This document shows, one piece after another, positions 31,361 to 41,742 of a stretch of 47,595 nucleotides of DNA. A model generated the notes under the pieces. The model had not been told where the DNA came from. It saw only the letters and a program-made list of their open reading frames with translations, and ran no database searches. A program made the translations under genes and the position numbers. The stretch's first letter is position 1; each line of letters begins with the position of its first letter. Origin of the DNA: a virus; IMG/VR virus record IMGVR_UViG_3300023280_000122, positions 1 through 47,595 of that record, one strand, 5' to 3'.

Positions 31361-33330
31361 TAGTAACCGTACACAGAGTCCGCCGTCGCGCTTAATACAT
31401 AGCGCTGTATCCCGGCGGGTACAGTACCAACCAGGTTAAACACTAAACTGGTTGCCGTGCTTAAATCGTACGAATAAACGGCCCGTATTGCGGTTGCGGC
31501 GGTTAATTGCAGGTCGGCAAAAACAGGCCGCTCGTTAAAAGCCGCCGCTGTGACGTCAACAGACATGCTGGTCTGCCCTGCGGTGGCGGTAAAAGTGGCG
31601 GTAGCGTTGTGCGTGTACCGTTTACGCGGCGCCATTCGCTCCGGGAAGCGAACAGCGACACCCCCAGTCTTAAGATTATGTGAGTTCGGGCCGATGCGGA
31701 CACCGGTGTTAGCGCCTACGGTCTCAACACCCCCAAAGAACACGGAGCTGTCAAGTTCGGCAAAACTGTTGCCAACTATCGCCACGTCACCAATAGCGAA
31801 AGTTCCGCCAAAGAAAACGCCATAACTGGTGTCTGCCGCTACACCGTTGCCGCGCATAGTGTTGCCGCTGATGGTGATATTACGGATTCGGGCGTCAGCG
31901 TGTACGTTTGTTAATCTCACTGTTGTACCGCCGGTTTTGATGGCGTTTAAGTTATTCCCGGTTATCGCTATGCGTTCGGAGAAACCTTCCGCTAAAGATA
32001 TAATTTCGATGCAGTTCTCATCGCCAGTTATCTCCCCATTACCTGAGACCGCAACGTCGAAACATCCGACAAGCGTCGCTCCTTTAACAAAGTCGGAAAT
32101 CTGATTACCCGTGATAGAAATCGCCAAGGTTTGTACGGCTGAAATACCTTCAATGCCGTTCACCAAATTGTTACCGACAATTTTAATCCCCTCACAGCGG
32201 CCACCATCGGCCAATGTGCGCGCAGAGATTCGAATAGGCCGCGCAAGTACCGTAAACGAATTATTTTCTATTTGCAGGTTCATCACTGAGGTGTTCATGT
32301 TATCCCCCAGAGATACCAGTATTCCGTAGCCCGTTTCCTGAGTTTTAGCGTTAACCGCGCCGGCCCCAATAAAACTGTTGTCATTGATTCGCGCAGACCA
32401 GACGCCGCGTAAACGAACACCAGTTTGTTTTAGCCCTGTAAATTTAAAAGTACAGTTACGTACCAGATGCGGCAGGCGCCCCGCGGCGGAGCAGACCGAC
32501 GTCATGTCAATCATGATTGCACTTTCAAGAGAAGGCGCGAACGTAATCCCGGTAATTTCAGTTACAGGGCCGCCGACGCCCGACGCCGGCGCAAACTTAA
32601 GCACGGTCGCCGCGGAACTGGTGATGACGGAAGTAACGCCGGCACCCGATAGCACGAAAGACCCGCTTGGTAACGTTACGGTTCCGGTAGTGCGAATGGT
32701 AACGCCGCCAGGGATAAACAGATGCTTAACGCCGGAATTAACCGCTGCCTGGAATGCTACCGTGTCGTCAGCGACGCCGTCGCCGGCGACCCAGTTTAGA
32801 ACGCTAACAACCTCGTTGTTAATCGCGTGCTGCGTACGGGTGATTGCGCCGGTTTGACTCACCCTGACCGCGACATTACCGTCGTTTACTAAACCCGGAT
32901 TACCTTCTGTAGCTAGTTGCGTGCGAAGGGTAATATCCCCCACAGGTCGCCAGGCCCCGACCGCTACACCGCCGGAAGAAGCAGGCGTCGAGTTTGCCGG
33001 GATAACTTTAGGTAATGCGCCCTCCCAATAATACCATCGCCCATCGCCACCTGAAGACGTGGGCCACAGAACAGCGCGGTTCCGCATGGCCGTTGTTAAG
33101 GTACCGCCGGTGTTGAAACCGAAAGTGGCGGGGGCAAACCCTACGTCCCGAAGCACCGCCGGCATTGTTTTCTGGCTTTGCCCTGTTACCTGGTTTGTGG
33201 CGTAGTCTATATCTGCGCCGCCGGCCACACCGCCTTGCTTGCCAGTGATGACCTCAGCCTCAAAAATCTGATGCAATTTTGCGGTTTTCAAATCCTGAAG
33301 TGACAGTACGTCACCGCATCCCGTAGCCAT
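31360..33330 (-). CDS. Tailspike with parallel beta-helix (depolymerase candidate)
   Basis: 656 aa from the ATG at 33330, which has RBS AGAGGG. The conserved-looking N-terminal adaptor is MATGCGDVLSLQDLKTAKLHQIFEAEVITGK. PbH1-like turns repeat (ITGNQI, VSGNGE, ITGNNL, ISGNTM, IVGNSF). Confidence 0.75.
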   Translation of the reverse strand: MATGCGDVLSLQDLKTAKLHQIFEAEVITGKQGGVAGGADIDYATNQVTGQSQKTMPAVLRDVGFAPATFGFNTGGTLTTAMRNRAVLWPTSSGGDGRWYYWEGALPKVIPANSTPASSGGVAVGAWRPVGDITLRTQLATEGNPGLVNDGNVAVRVSQTGAITRTQHAINNEVVSVLNWVAGDGVADDTVAFQAAVNSGVKHLFIPGGVTIRTTGTVTLPSGSFVLSGAGVTSVITSSAATVLKFAPASGVGGPVTEITGITFAPSLESAIMIDMTSVCSAAGRLPHLVRNCTFKFTGLKQTGVRLRGVWSARINDNSFIGAGAVNAKTQETGYGILVSLGDNMNTSVMNLQIENNSFTVLARPIRISARTLADGGRCEGIKIVGNNLVNGIEGISAVQTLAISITGNQISDFVKGATLVGCFDVAVSGNGEITGDENCIEIISLAEGFSERIAITGNNLNAIKTGGTTVRLTNVHADARIRNITISGNTMRGNGVAADTSYGVFFGGTFAIGDVAIVGNSFAELDSSVFFGGVETVGANTGVRIGPNSHNLKTGGVAVRFPERMAPRKRYTHNATATFTATAGQTSMSVDVTAAAFNERPVFADLQLTAATAIRAVYSYDLSTATSLVFNLVGTVPAGIQRYVLSATADSVYGY

Positions 33331-33349
33331 GTTATGCCCTCTTGTGAAG

Positions 33350-35896
33350 TTATAAGCCACCAGACGGCAGCACGTTGTCATATCGGTAATAATCGTCGGT
33401 GTAATTATAACCCGTTATCTTAACGGCCCTGTCTTCTCCAGGCTCCACCGTAGAAACAATTACCATTTGGGCATTATGCCTTTCTTCGTTGCCGAATGAA
33501 AATTCTGTTTTTAGCGCGCTATTCCCGGTGTAAATCGCCTCTTCGGGTATAGACGTCATAATCACAGTCCTGTCATTATGCCCTCGGGTAACTCCGACAC
33601 TTTGAACGGAGCCGTCGCGTTTTTTGAGAATGAGTGAGTGGTCGTCCCCCTCCACAAAATCGACATTCTGCGATAGCACCAGCGTCATACCATCAACCGC
33701 CACGACATAGCCGTCAAAAGGCGATACCCGCGAACCTTTTACAACACTGATGGCCCGACCAGGGCGCGCGAATATGCCCTCTTCTGTTGCTGTGAATTCG
33801 ACAGCGACGCGGTTTAGCATGTTTTTCTGGAAGCGTCGATGAGCCGCCCACCATGCCTGGTTGTAGTTTCGGATACCCTTAGAGTCGTAAGTCTCCGTCT
33901 TTATCCCACCGCCAGGCGGCAACGTTATCGTCTCTTTGATATTCGTTCGATGATTTATATAGCTGAATTTTAAGGAGTCGTAGCGGTCCTGTGTATTGAA
34001 ATTACGTGTCCATTTCTCCCCAGGTACTTTACTACGGTGCGTGAAAACCATCTCCGGCCCCAGACGCGGACGGTCGAAGTCCAACAACACAGCGGAACCT
34101 TCCCGGTAAGGTTTACAGAAAATTGCTTCGGCTATGGTGTTAATCATGTCCTGCATGGTTGAGTCGTAAGAGTCGAACGTATAACAAAATTGCCCGGCTT
34201 CTGCCGAACCAAAATAGCTTTCAATCTCATTTTGCACATCGAGCAGCGCGTCCATGTTCGATGTAGTCAGGTTTAGACCCCCGCATAATGGGTCGCGCAA
34301 CAGGCGAATTAATGACTGGACGGCTTGGGTGTTATTACTCAACTGCGTGTCAAAAATGCCGTTGCCACGGTACCGATAAATTTTCTCGGTCACAACTAAA
34401 GCCAGTTTTGGCGACTTAATGGACGTCGCACGAGGGGTTTGGCGCCGGGCCGTGTGGATGGTCGTTCGGTTGCCGTAGTCGTGCGTTGTGTCTACAGTCT
34501 GTCCGTACAGGTTGTCGAAAGTGACGTCGTCGACAACCTGTCCTTTAAAATCGAAATCTTTATTACTCGTGCGCCGGGCACGTGCACGGAAAGCAGTAAC
34601 CACCGGCAATTCGCCAATGATAGTTACGCCCGTCTGTTCTGTGGAGCGCCCAGAAAGATTACGGGATGTTTCATATACCGGTCCATAGGGATTTCCGTCA
34701 TCGTCCATCGCCTGGTATTGCAACAGTATGTCAACGCTGGCGCGCCGTTTAGAAGAAGCACCGCTGTCTTTGTACATGCCGTTGGCCGCGCCAATATTCG
34801 CCACTACACGCTTGCTCTTTACGGTGCTGAGGGTAAACCAGTCAGTATAAGATTTATTGATAGTGTCAACCGGGCCGACGGTTGCGGCTTTGCCGGCGCC
34901 GTCCAGCTCATTAACTTTGTTGTATTGCGGCGTTATCCGCTGCCACGGGGCCAGATTATTACTAACATCCAACACAATATCTACCGAGCTAACGGACAGC
35001 ACCTTGTACACCCCGTCGAGATAAGGGTCGGTTTCATCCGGGATGTTTAATTGCATGTTAGAAACGACAGCAAATTCACCGGCCACAATGTAATCTGTAA
35101 ATCCGGCATCACCGGATGGGTCTGTAATGGTTCCTGTGGTCCCTGACAAAGAAACCGTTGTTACGTCGCTGATGCCCGACGCCAGGTCATTAGGGGCTTT
35201 TAGAGTGGCGCCGTCGACTTCATTTGATACTGCCGTTATATAAAGCGCCTCGGTGATGGGTTCCCCAATCTGGAGCTGCGGCGCGTCGCCGCTGTTAGGA
35301 GAAGTGTAAGGGCCGTACACTGCCGCAGACGAGCCGCTAATCTCTGAGAGCAGCGTATCCCCGTCAGTGATGCCGCTAATCGGGGTATCAAACGGTCCTC
35401 GGCCTACGTCATAATAACCATACTCAATAATATGACCAGCACCGTCATAGCGCTTGTATGTCTTCATTAAGTCATTGGGGATGCTTTGCACCGTGCCGCA
35501 AATGTCATAAGTGCGTTCGTAAGGGCGCGGCTTATTGTTACGGTCTGTCAGACTGTTGTTAGGGCTTGCCCCTTGCTGGTTAGCCAAAGATGCTGACTGC
35601 GCGCCGGTAGTCGGCAACAACAGCTTAAGGATAGGGCTTAATATAACGTTAACGACACCGACAATAGAGGATACCACCCCACCGCCGGCGGACTCGACAA
35701 CAAAAAATTCCGCGTCTTCTCCGAGCGCTTCAAAATCTTCAGTAACATCGTTATCCGTACCGATATCGTCGATGTAAATTTGAAAAGGGGTACCGTCAGG
35801 AATGTGAGAAATGACGAATTCCATCGGTGACATGTTGTATTTTTTACGGTCAAAACCGCCGGCGGCGTTGCGCGACAGATGATGTGTTATCGCCAA
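33350..35896 (-). CDS. Central tail tip / host-specificity protein (lambda J-like)
   Basis: 848 aa, the last large gene of the tip cluster after the NlpC-like gene. A TTG start with RBS GGAG is implied by the track. Confidence 0.7.
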   Translation of the reverse strand: MAITHHLSRNAAGGFDRKKYNMSPMEFVISHIPDGTPFQIYIDDIGTDNDVTEDFEALGEDAEFFVVESAGGGVVSSIVGVVNVILSPILKLLLPTTGAQSASLANQQGASPNNSLTDRNNKPRPYERTYDICGTVQSIPNDLMKTYKRYDGAGHIIEYGYYDVGRGPFDTPISGITDGDTLLSEISGSSAAVYGPYTSPNSGDAPQLQIGEPITEALYITAVSNEVDGATLKAPNDLASGISDVTTVSLSGTTGTITDPSGDAGFTDYIVAGEFAVVSNMQLNIPDETDPYLDGVYKVLSVSSVDIVLDVSNNLAPWQRITPQYNKVNELDGAGKAATVGPVDTINKSYTDWFTLSTVKSKRVVANIGAANGMYKDSGASSKRRASVDILLQYQAMDDDGNPYGPVYETSRNLSGRSTEQTGVTIIGELPVVTAFRARARRTSNKDFDFKGQVVDDVTFDNLYGQTVDTTHDYGNRTTIHTARRQTPRATSIKSPKLALVVTEKIYRYRGNGIFDTQLSNNTQAVQSLIRLLRDPLCGGLNLTTSNMDALLDVQNEIESYFGSAEAGQFCYTFDSYDSTMQDMINTIAEAIFCKPYREGSAVLLDFDRPRLGPEMVFTHRSKVPGEKWTRNFNTQDRYDSLKFSYINHRTNIKETITLPPGGGIKTETYDSKGIRNYNQAWWAAHRRFQKNMLNRVAVEFTATEEGIFARPGRAISVVKGSRVSPFDGYVVAVDGMTLVLSQNVDFVEGDDHSLILKKRDGSVQSVGVTRGHNDRTVIMTSIPEEAIYTGNSALKTEFSFGNEERHNAQMVIVSTVEPGEDRAVKITGYNYTDDYYRYDNVLPSGGL

Positions 35897-36255
35897 AATT
35901 GAATCTCCACGAATCGCTTGCGAATGTCGGTTAATGATTCAAGTTTAACCTGTTTCGCGACGCGTTCACAATGGCTCACATAACCCTGATAATACACCCC
36001 AGAGTGCCAGACAATTCGACCGGCATGGCGGCAGCCGAGAAGAACTGCGTCGAAGTTTTGCGGGTCAAAAACCTGAACCAACCCCTTACTGTCAACGCGT
36101 TGGCCTGATTCGAACATATCATTCGCTGCCGTGGGCGATTGTACGTCAAAGCATGGTGTTTCTAAGCCCGCGTCGCTTCGCACCGCCCTGACATGATGCC
36201 AACAGTTGTAAGTTCTAAAATTATACAAACGGCCGGTGTATGTTGAAATATTCAT
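35887..36255 (-). CDS. Tail tip NlpC/P60-like protein (lambda K C-terminal-like)
   Basis: 122 aa with a YNCWHHV Cys-His motif and a later His. The position matches lambda K. Confidence 0.5.
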   Translation of the reverse strand: MNISTYTGRLYNFRTYNCWHHVRAVRSDAGLETPCFDVQSPTAANDMFESGQRVDSKGLVQVFDPQNFDAVLLGCRHAGRIVWHSGVYYQGYVSHCERVAKQVKLESLTDIRKRFVEIQFWR

Positions 36256-36767
36256 CCTGCTAAAATCCCTCGCAACAGCGGTATTTGCTGCGGGGTCATC
36301 AATAACCCCGTCTGGCGCTCGTTTAGACGAGGTACGCCGACATCTGCTGTAAACACACCTTTGCTTTGTGACAGAGACTGTAAATCGTACGTCACCGGGC
36401 CGCGCGCCGGATAGCTAAGGTCCGTACTGACAAAAGCCCGAAACGTAAAAACCGGCGGCGTCTGGTCATCCAACGGAATGCGTGACATCTCATCATCAAG
36501 TAAATTCCCCACATCCGGCAGCGTAAAAGAAGCTTGCTGGTCGGTATCATTGTCGTTGCCGCCATCCTGAACTCGCATCGGGATAGCTTCAAAAGTAACA
36601 GTCTCGCCGGTCTCCAGGGTTGCAGTGAGGTCCGTTGTCCCCACCACCAGAAGATACCGGCGAGTGAGCGACGGATGCGTTATCTCGACTGTCTCAAAAT
36701 CCATCTGCCCTTCTGGGTTAGACGCCAACTTACGCTTGTACGCCTCGATTACAGAGGTTTCGCTCAT
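36252..36767 (-). CDS. Minor tail protein (DUF1833 / lambda L position)
   Basis: 171 aa between the M-position and K-position genes, coupled by start/stop overlaps. Confidence 0.55.
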   Translation of the reverse strand: MSETSVIEAYKRKLASNPEGQMDFETVEITHPSLTRRYLLVVGTTDLTATLETGETVTFEAIPMRVQDGGNDNDTDQQASFTLPDVGNLLDDEMSRIPLDDQTPPVFTFRAFVSTDLSYPARGPVTYDLQSLSQSKGVFTADVGVPRLNERQTGLLMTPQQIPLLRGILAG

Positions 36768-36769
36768 AG

Positions 36770-38140
36770 TTAAACCTTAAAGTCTATTCTCGAAAAATAT
36801 TTAGAACCCCAGGCGGCGTTTGCCAGAGGGATGTGTACATAATCAGAGCCTGCGATGATATTTAACACAGAACCATCTGCATAAACGATATCTACACTAG
36901 TAGCTCCTTTAGACCGAACTGACGCGGCAGCCGCAGGGCGTGTATCCGGAGCTGTAGTGGTCATAATAGGAGATGTAACAAAAGCTTGTTTTTCCACTTG
37001 CGCGCCGGAAACCAAAACGCCTGACACGCCATCACCAGCAAAAGTTGGATTACCGGTGTTATCATAAACCCGGACGGCGATATTTAAAGCTGTGGCGCCT
37101 GCAGCTTTAACAGTGATAGTCTCGCTTATAGACCACAAACCTTCGCCTAAAGAGGTAGATGTTGATGCCGCGGCCCCGGAGGACATAGCGCCGGTTGTAA
37201 GGTTAACGACAACGTCCGACAAGAAAGAAGTCTCGTCCGAAACCCGCAGACGGGCAAAGGTATAACCAGCGGCTTTAACCATAAAAGAGAACGTATAAAC
37301 ATCACCCGCAGCAAAAGTACCCATGATGTTTTGCGATACGATATGGGACCCGCTAGTGGTTGTAGGTGTAATTTTAGAAAAGCCAGAGGTATCTAAAGTG
37401 ACGGTTGCGTTACTTTTCCCCCAAACAGCATTAGTCAAATCATTCGAATAGGTCGCGAGGTTAGTTGATGCTGGCTCAGGTGAAACACGCCCTACTGGGG
37501 TTGAAGATACATAACTAACAGGCCAGGTATTAGCCGGAGCGGAAACAATAGCTCTGTTCACATCTTGGTATTGAACCGCCGGACCAGAATAAATAATTCT
37601 GGGGTCTAAACTGAAAGAAGCCATATTTACCGACGGATACCCCGGCAAACCTTCTTCAACCCATATGCGCGGGAAATTAGTCACATCACTTGCGTACTGA
37701 TTTAAAAAGCCCCGCAGTCTGTCGCCATAGCAACCATATAAATCCGGCAAATTGGCGGTTAAACACGTATCTTCCTGGATTGCAGTTCTCTCTGCCGTGA
37801 TAGTAAAAGAGATATTCCAGTTATGCCCGTCGTCCGTACTCTCATTAATTGTGCTGGTAATCATGACCTGATGGTCTTGAATACCCAAGCCGCTGTCGAG
37901 CGCCATAACAAACGAATCAGCACCGCCGTGAATGTTATTTAAGAAGCTAAGAAACGCTTGGCGCCCGAGAGAGGACGTAACAAGCGTCACATTAAACGGC
38001 ACCGCTTCGAAGTAGGTATCCCGCCCCTGACGTGGAAGGCCGCCCGTCACTTCATTGCGGAAAATATTGCTGCCGCGGGTTGAGGAGTAACCTTTATTCA
38101 CAATGGGCTTTAACGCCGGAGGAAATCTTAAATCGCTCAT
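36770..38140 (-). CDS. Minor tail / distal tail protein with a long C-terminal extension
   Basis: 456 aa, directly after the tape measure gene. The first approximately 130 aa are sized like a lambda-M-position protein. The remainder is Ser/Thr/Ala-rich and looks like beta structure. Confidence 0.5.
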   Translation of the reverse strand: MSDLRFPPALKPIVNKGYSSTRGSNIFRNEVTGGLPRQGRDTYFEAVPFNVTLVTSSLGRQAFLSFLNNIHGGADSFVMALDSGLGIQDHQVMITSTINESTDDGHNWNISFTITAERTAIQEDTCLTANLPDLYGCYGDRLRGFLNQYASDVTNFPRIWVEEGLPGYPSVNMASFSLDPRIIYSGPAVQYQDVNRAIVSAPANTWPVSYVSSTPVGRVSPEPASTNLATYSNDLTNAVWGKSNATVTLDTSGFSKITPTTTSGSHIVSQNIMGTFAAGDVYTFSFMVKAAGYTFARLRVSDETSFLSDVVVNLTTGAMSSGAAASTSTSLGEGLWSISETITVKAAGATALNIAVRVYDNTGNPTFAGDGVSGVLVSGAQVEKQAFVTSPIMTTTAPDTRPAAAASVRSKGATSVDIVYADGSVLNIIAGSDYVHIPLANAAWGSKYFSRIDFKV

Positions 38141-38142
38141 GA

Positions 38143-40431
38143 TTAATGCCCTGCCTTCCCGCGAGTACCGCGGCGTGTTTTAGATATGGTCGAGTTGCTG
38201 TCTGCGAGGTCTCCGCTCACAGTTTCCCGAATGATTACACGAAGCCGGTTTTCATCTGTTTGTTCGGTCGTCACAGAATCAACGCGACCCGTAGTCTGGT
38301 TAACAATCTGGATATTAGAAGGCGCATTAGCACCGCCGTTTTCGCCCATAATTTGCCGCATCTGTTGCGCTGTTCGAACCCGAGAAGCGCCGGCTGGCAT
38401 AATGACTTCAGGCTGTCCCCGCTCAGCGATAGTAGACATCTGCCCCGCGTAGAGCTGACCCCCTTGCTCTCGCGCGCTGCGGATTTTACCAACGTTAGCC
38501 AACCCGGCAGCGGTTACCGCTGCGGCCGCGGCGATACCCAGACCCGGCCCGATAATGGGGATAGTGGCGAGCGATGCGTAAGCCGCAGTAGCGCCTTTAT
38601 ACGTTTCGATAAGCGTTTGTGTGATAGCCGCGGCCTTATAGAGAGCATTGCCCTCCCCCAACGAAGACCGCAATGCGTTCGTCATGCTGCTGAGGGTGTT
38701 CGTGTAACTGTCGAGGCGCTCCTGGTCCGCCGTGTCAACAATATCACGGACGGCCTGTTGGTAATCCGACTCGGATACGAGTCCTTTATTATGGAACTCG
38801 TCGAGCTTGCGCAGCTTCTCGGCCTGTTGCCGGTCTATCTCCTGCAGTTCGCCTTCGTTCTCCGCGCGGATTTGCTCGAGGTAGCTGTCTGCCTGGAACT
38901 GATTTTTATCGCGCTCGTCTTGACGCTTCTTAAGTTCTTCCTGACGCTGCGCCTCAGCATCCAGCAAAATTTGCGTTTTAGTGGCTTCGTACTCGCCTGC
39001 GCGCAAGGCCCCAAGCTTCTGGAACTCGTCCAACTTAGCTAACTTCTGCCGCTCTTGCTCATCAATAGCCTTAAGTTCGTCTTGGTTCTGACGCTTAACG
39101 GAATCCATGAAACTTTCGGCTTGCTTACGTTGCTGTTCCGCGAGTTTAGCAGCGGCTTTTGCCGCTTTATCGTCGGTTCCGCTTGAGCCGTTATCTGTTT
39201 TCCCTGGGGGGTTCTTAACCAGCGTCGCAAGGTCTATTTCCTGCTTACGACGTTCATCATAAGCTTTGCGCCGCTCATCTGTTTCTTTTTGGCGCGCTGC
39301 GGAGCGCTCACGTATGCCATCTGCTTCAGCTTGGTTAGCGGCCTTCGTCATGTCTAGCTGGAGCTGGGCCGCAGCCATCAGAGAATTGTAAGTTGCCGCC
39401 GCGCTGTCGCCCGGAGTAAGGGCCGCCTTAATCGCTTGTCCTGTGGCGCGGGCGCGCATGTCCGCAGCTTCGAATTCAGCATAAATATCCCGGAAGAATT
39501 GTTGAATAGTCGGCAACCAGGATTCGAAGCTATTGGCAATGGAGCTGGCCGCGTCTTCACCCGAATCTTTCATATCGCCTGTGCTATCGCGAGCGTCGAA
39601 AGCCAACTCGTTTAACTCGTCAGAGATAAACTTAAAAGATTCTTCAAAAACAGTGGTAAAGTCACGGATTCCGTCGATAACCTCGCCGGAGGCGATAGCG
39701 TCTGTTAGAGATTGAATTGCGGTCTCGGCGCGCTGCGCCTGACCTATCATGATATCCCCAAACCCAGATTGCGCGATACTAAGCGTCAATCCTGCAACCG
39801 TATCCTCAAGACTGGATAAGGCACCATCCAGCGTCTTAGAGCGGATTTCCATCGCACCGGCGAAATTCGTGTTGCCGATGTTAAGCAGGTATTTCTGAAT
39901 CTCTTCCGAGTTCTTCTTAACGGTCGTCGTAACACCCTGGAACGTGAAAGAAATGTTATCCCCTTCGGATTTACTCTTAATCCCGAACTCTTTCAGTCGT
40001 TCAAACTCGCCGGTAGTCGCATCTGCAACCGCCTCAATCATCTGATTAAGGTCTTTACCCATCGCCGCGGCGGTATTGCCATACGAAATCAGGGCTTCTT
40101 TGCTCGGGTTGAGGCCTAACGCCACCAGTTTTGTGAAACCCTCAACGGCCTGGTTAAGCCCGTACGGCGTTTCCTTGGCGAACTGTTGCAGTACCTGAAA
40201 CGCTTTCGCGGCGTTCTCTGCGCTGCCCGTCATAGTAATCAGGCCGGAATTTAGCTTGTCAAAATTTCGTTGAGAAGCGACGAGGGAGTCGAAAACCTGA
40301 CGTGCCGCTTCGAGGCCGCCGATAGCGGCGCCGGCGGCGAGAGCAGCTTTTGCCAAACCGCCTAATTCAGAAGAGGCGCGCGAAGCCCCCGCCGTTGTTA
40401 TCCTGATAATCAGACTGGCAATATCAGCCAT
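38143..40431 (-). CDS. Tape measure protein
   Basis: 762 aa from the ATG at 40431, which has RBS GAGGG. It has long coiled-coil stretches and a Gly/Ala hydrophobic segment (IIGPGLGIAAAAAVTAAGLA). It follows the G/GT genes. Confidence 0.85.
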   Translation of the reverse strand: MADIASLIIRITTAGASRASSELGGLAKAALAAGAAIGGLEAARQVFDSLVASQRNFDKLNSGLITMTGSAENAAKAFQVLQQFAKETPYGLNQAVEGFTKLVALGLNPSKEALISYGNTAAAMGKDLNQMIEAVADATTGEFERLKEFGIKSKSEGDNISFTFQGVTTTVKKNSEEIQKYLLNIGNTNFAGAMEIRSKTLDGALSSLEDTVAGLTLSIAQSGFGDIMIGQAQRAETAIQSLTDAIASGEVIDGIRDFTTVFEESFKFISDELNELAFDARDSTGDMKDSGEDAASSIANSFESWLPTIQQFFRDIYAEFEAADMRARATGQAIKAALTPGDSAAATYNSLMAAAQLQLDMTKAANQAEADGIRERSAARQKETDERRKAYDERRKQEIDLATLVKNPPGKTDNGSSGTDDKAAKAAAKLAEQQRKQAESFMDSVKRQNQDELKAIDEQERQKLAKLDEFQKLGALRAGEYEATKTQILLDAEAQRQEELKKRQDERDKNQFQADSYLEQIRAENEGELQEIDRQQAEKLRKLDEFHNKGLVSESDYQQAVRDIVDTADQERLDSYTNTLSSMTNALRSSLGEGNALYKAAAITQTLIETYKGATAAYASLATIPIIGPGLGIAAAAAVTAAGLANVGKIRSAREQGGQLYAGQMSTIAERGQPEVIMPAGASRVRTAQQMRQIMGENGGANAPSNIQIVNQTTGRVDSVTTEQTDENRLRVIIRETVSGDLADSNSTISKTRRGTRGKAGH

Positions 40432-41193
40432 CGTTTCTACCCTCAAAAATAGCGTCTAAGCCCATTATAAGCTCGGCCTCATGGATGCTTATAGTATGCC
40501 CTGTAACCTGCGAATATGAAACGAGGTCGTGCCAACTAAGGGTATCCCGCGCGTACAGCACCACGGCATCTGGCGTCACCCGACGAATAAATTTTAGTTC
40601 ACGATATTTCTCGAAGGTGGCAATAAAAATAAAGGGGCATTCAGGCCCCTTTTCTCGCGCTGTGCGTTCCGCGCCATCGATTACACCCATAGCGATTAGC
40701 GCCGCTTCGTGGCCGTCGGCAATGCTGTCGAACTTTTGCCGTGTGTGCTTGGTCACAAACTGCCACGTTGCATACTCGTACAGCGCGTCTACTTTGCCTG
40801 AAGTTCCTGTCGCTGCTTGCTGTGAAAGTCTGCGACGTGGTTGCCGAGGGTGCGGTATTGAGACAACAAACCCGCCAGGGCCTCTTTGGTAAACGGCTCG
40901 TCGAAGCTCCACCCGTTCACAAGCTCGAGTGCGTATTCGCGGTTCAGGTCGGTGCAGGCGTCGTTCAAGGCGGCTATATATTGGATATTTTCCCCATCAT
41001 CGCGAAGATGTTCTAGTTCGGCGCGCGTTACAGTGTATGCGAACCAGAACGCACGTCCGGCTTTAATGGCGGCGTCCGCCTCTGGGCCGACAATATTCAG
41101 CCACTCGCCGGAGTCCGTACCATCCGGCAGCGGGATAGGCATACGGGCGCCAATCTGGGCCTTATCTTCGAAATAGAAATCAGAAAGTTTCAT
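40424..41193 (-). CDS. Tail assembly chaperone GT-like fusion made by -1 frameshift
   Basis: The G frame (41193-40789) and an overlapping -1 frame open to 40424 are joined at the slip heptamer GGGTTTG. The T frame ends 8 nt inside the tape measure start. Confidence 0.65.
40789..41193 (-). CDS. Tail assembly chaperone (G-like)
   Basis: 134 aa from the ATG at 41193, which has RBS AAGGA. It lies immediately upstream of the tape measure gene. Confidence 0.7.
   Translation of the reverse strand: MKLSDFYFEDKAQIGARMPIPLPDGTDSGEWLNIVGPEADAAIKAGRAFWFAYTVTRAELEHLRDDGENIQYIAALNDACTDLNREYALELVNGWSFDEPFTKEALAGLLSQYRTLGNHVADFHSKQRQELQAK
40867..40873 (-). promoter_or_regulatory. Programmed -1 frameshift slippery heptamer G GGT TTG
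   Basis: An X XXY YYZ heptamer in the correct phase of the G frame (GCG GGT TTG). After the slip the -1 frame reads VVSIPHPRQ..., which matches the overlapping ORF. Confidence 0.6.
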
Positions 41194-41298
41194 CGTTAAT
41201 CCTTCGGTCAGGAGGTTATTGGTCAAAGGGTTGCGCCAGGCGGTGACCATCCGCTTTTCCCGTGCGACGGTAGGCGCAAAATTATTCTAGCAAACTAC

Positions 41299-41327
41299 TT
41301 GCACACCTACAAATAATACAATACTAT
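41299..41327 (+). promoter_or_regulatory. Sigma70-like promoter of the tail-module island
   Basis: TTGCAC (41299-41304), a 17-nt spacer, then TACTAT (41322-41327). It overlaps a near-copy of the palindrome, TAATA-caatac-TATTC (41314-41329). Confidence 0.55.
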
Positions 41328-41355
41328 TCATTCACACTAACTGAGGAGCTTTACC

Positions 41356-41679
41356 ATGAAAACATTAATTATTGCTGCGGGCTTGTTGTTCTCTGTCTCC
41401 GCTCAAGCCGAAAACGTGTATATCCAGAATCAGAAGCTGTCATGTAAAGCTATTGCTGACGCCGTCGCAGAAGTTGCCGCTAAGCAAGAAGGTATTGGCG
41501 TGGTCGACGCAATGCAAATCCACGAAGGTACCTTCGTACTTTGCGTGCAATCTTACAACCAAGCCAGCGCTGACTACTCAATCGCTAAGGCCAAAGCAAA
41601 CGCTATGGCGAAAGCGGGGCCAGCGGCCGCCCAGGTTGTGGAGCTTTCTTACCAGGCATATCACAGAGACCAAAAATAA
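41356..41679 (+). CDS. Secreted small protein (107 aa, signal peptide)
   Basis: MKTLIIAAGLLFSVSAQA is followed by a likely cleavage site. RBS GGAG. It is the first gene of a plus-strand island within the minus-strand tail genes. Confidence 0.7.
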   Translation: MKTLIIAAGLLFSVSAQAENVYIQNQKLSCKAIADAVAEVAAKQEGIGVVDAMQIHEGTFVLCVQSYNQASADYSIAKAKANAMAKAGPAAAQVVELSYQAYHRDQK

Positions 41680-41728
41680 ATTTGTTACAAAAACAAATAT
41701 AGTGGTTAAATAAGACTCTTCTTATTTA
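41680..41728 (+). promoter_or_regulatory. Two adjacent AT-rich inverted repeats
   Basis: ATTTGTT-acaaa-AACAAAT spans 41680-41698 and TAAATAAG-actctt-CTTATTTA spans 41707-41728. Both lie in the 63-bp gap before the HTH-phosphoesterase gene. Confidence 0.5.
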
Positions 41729-41742
41729 CTGCATACAGCGGA

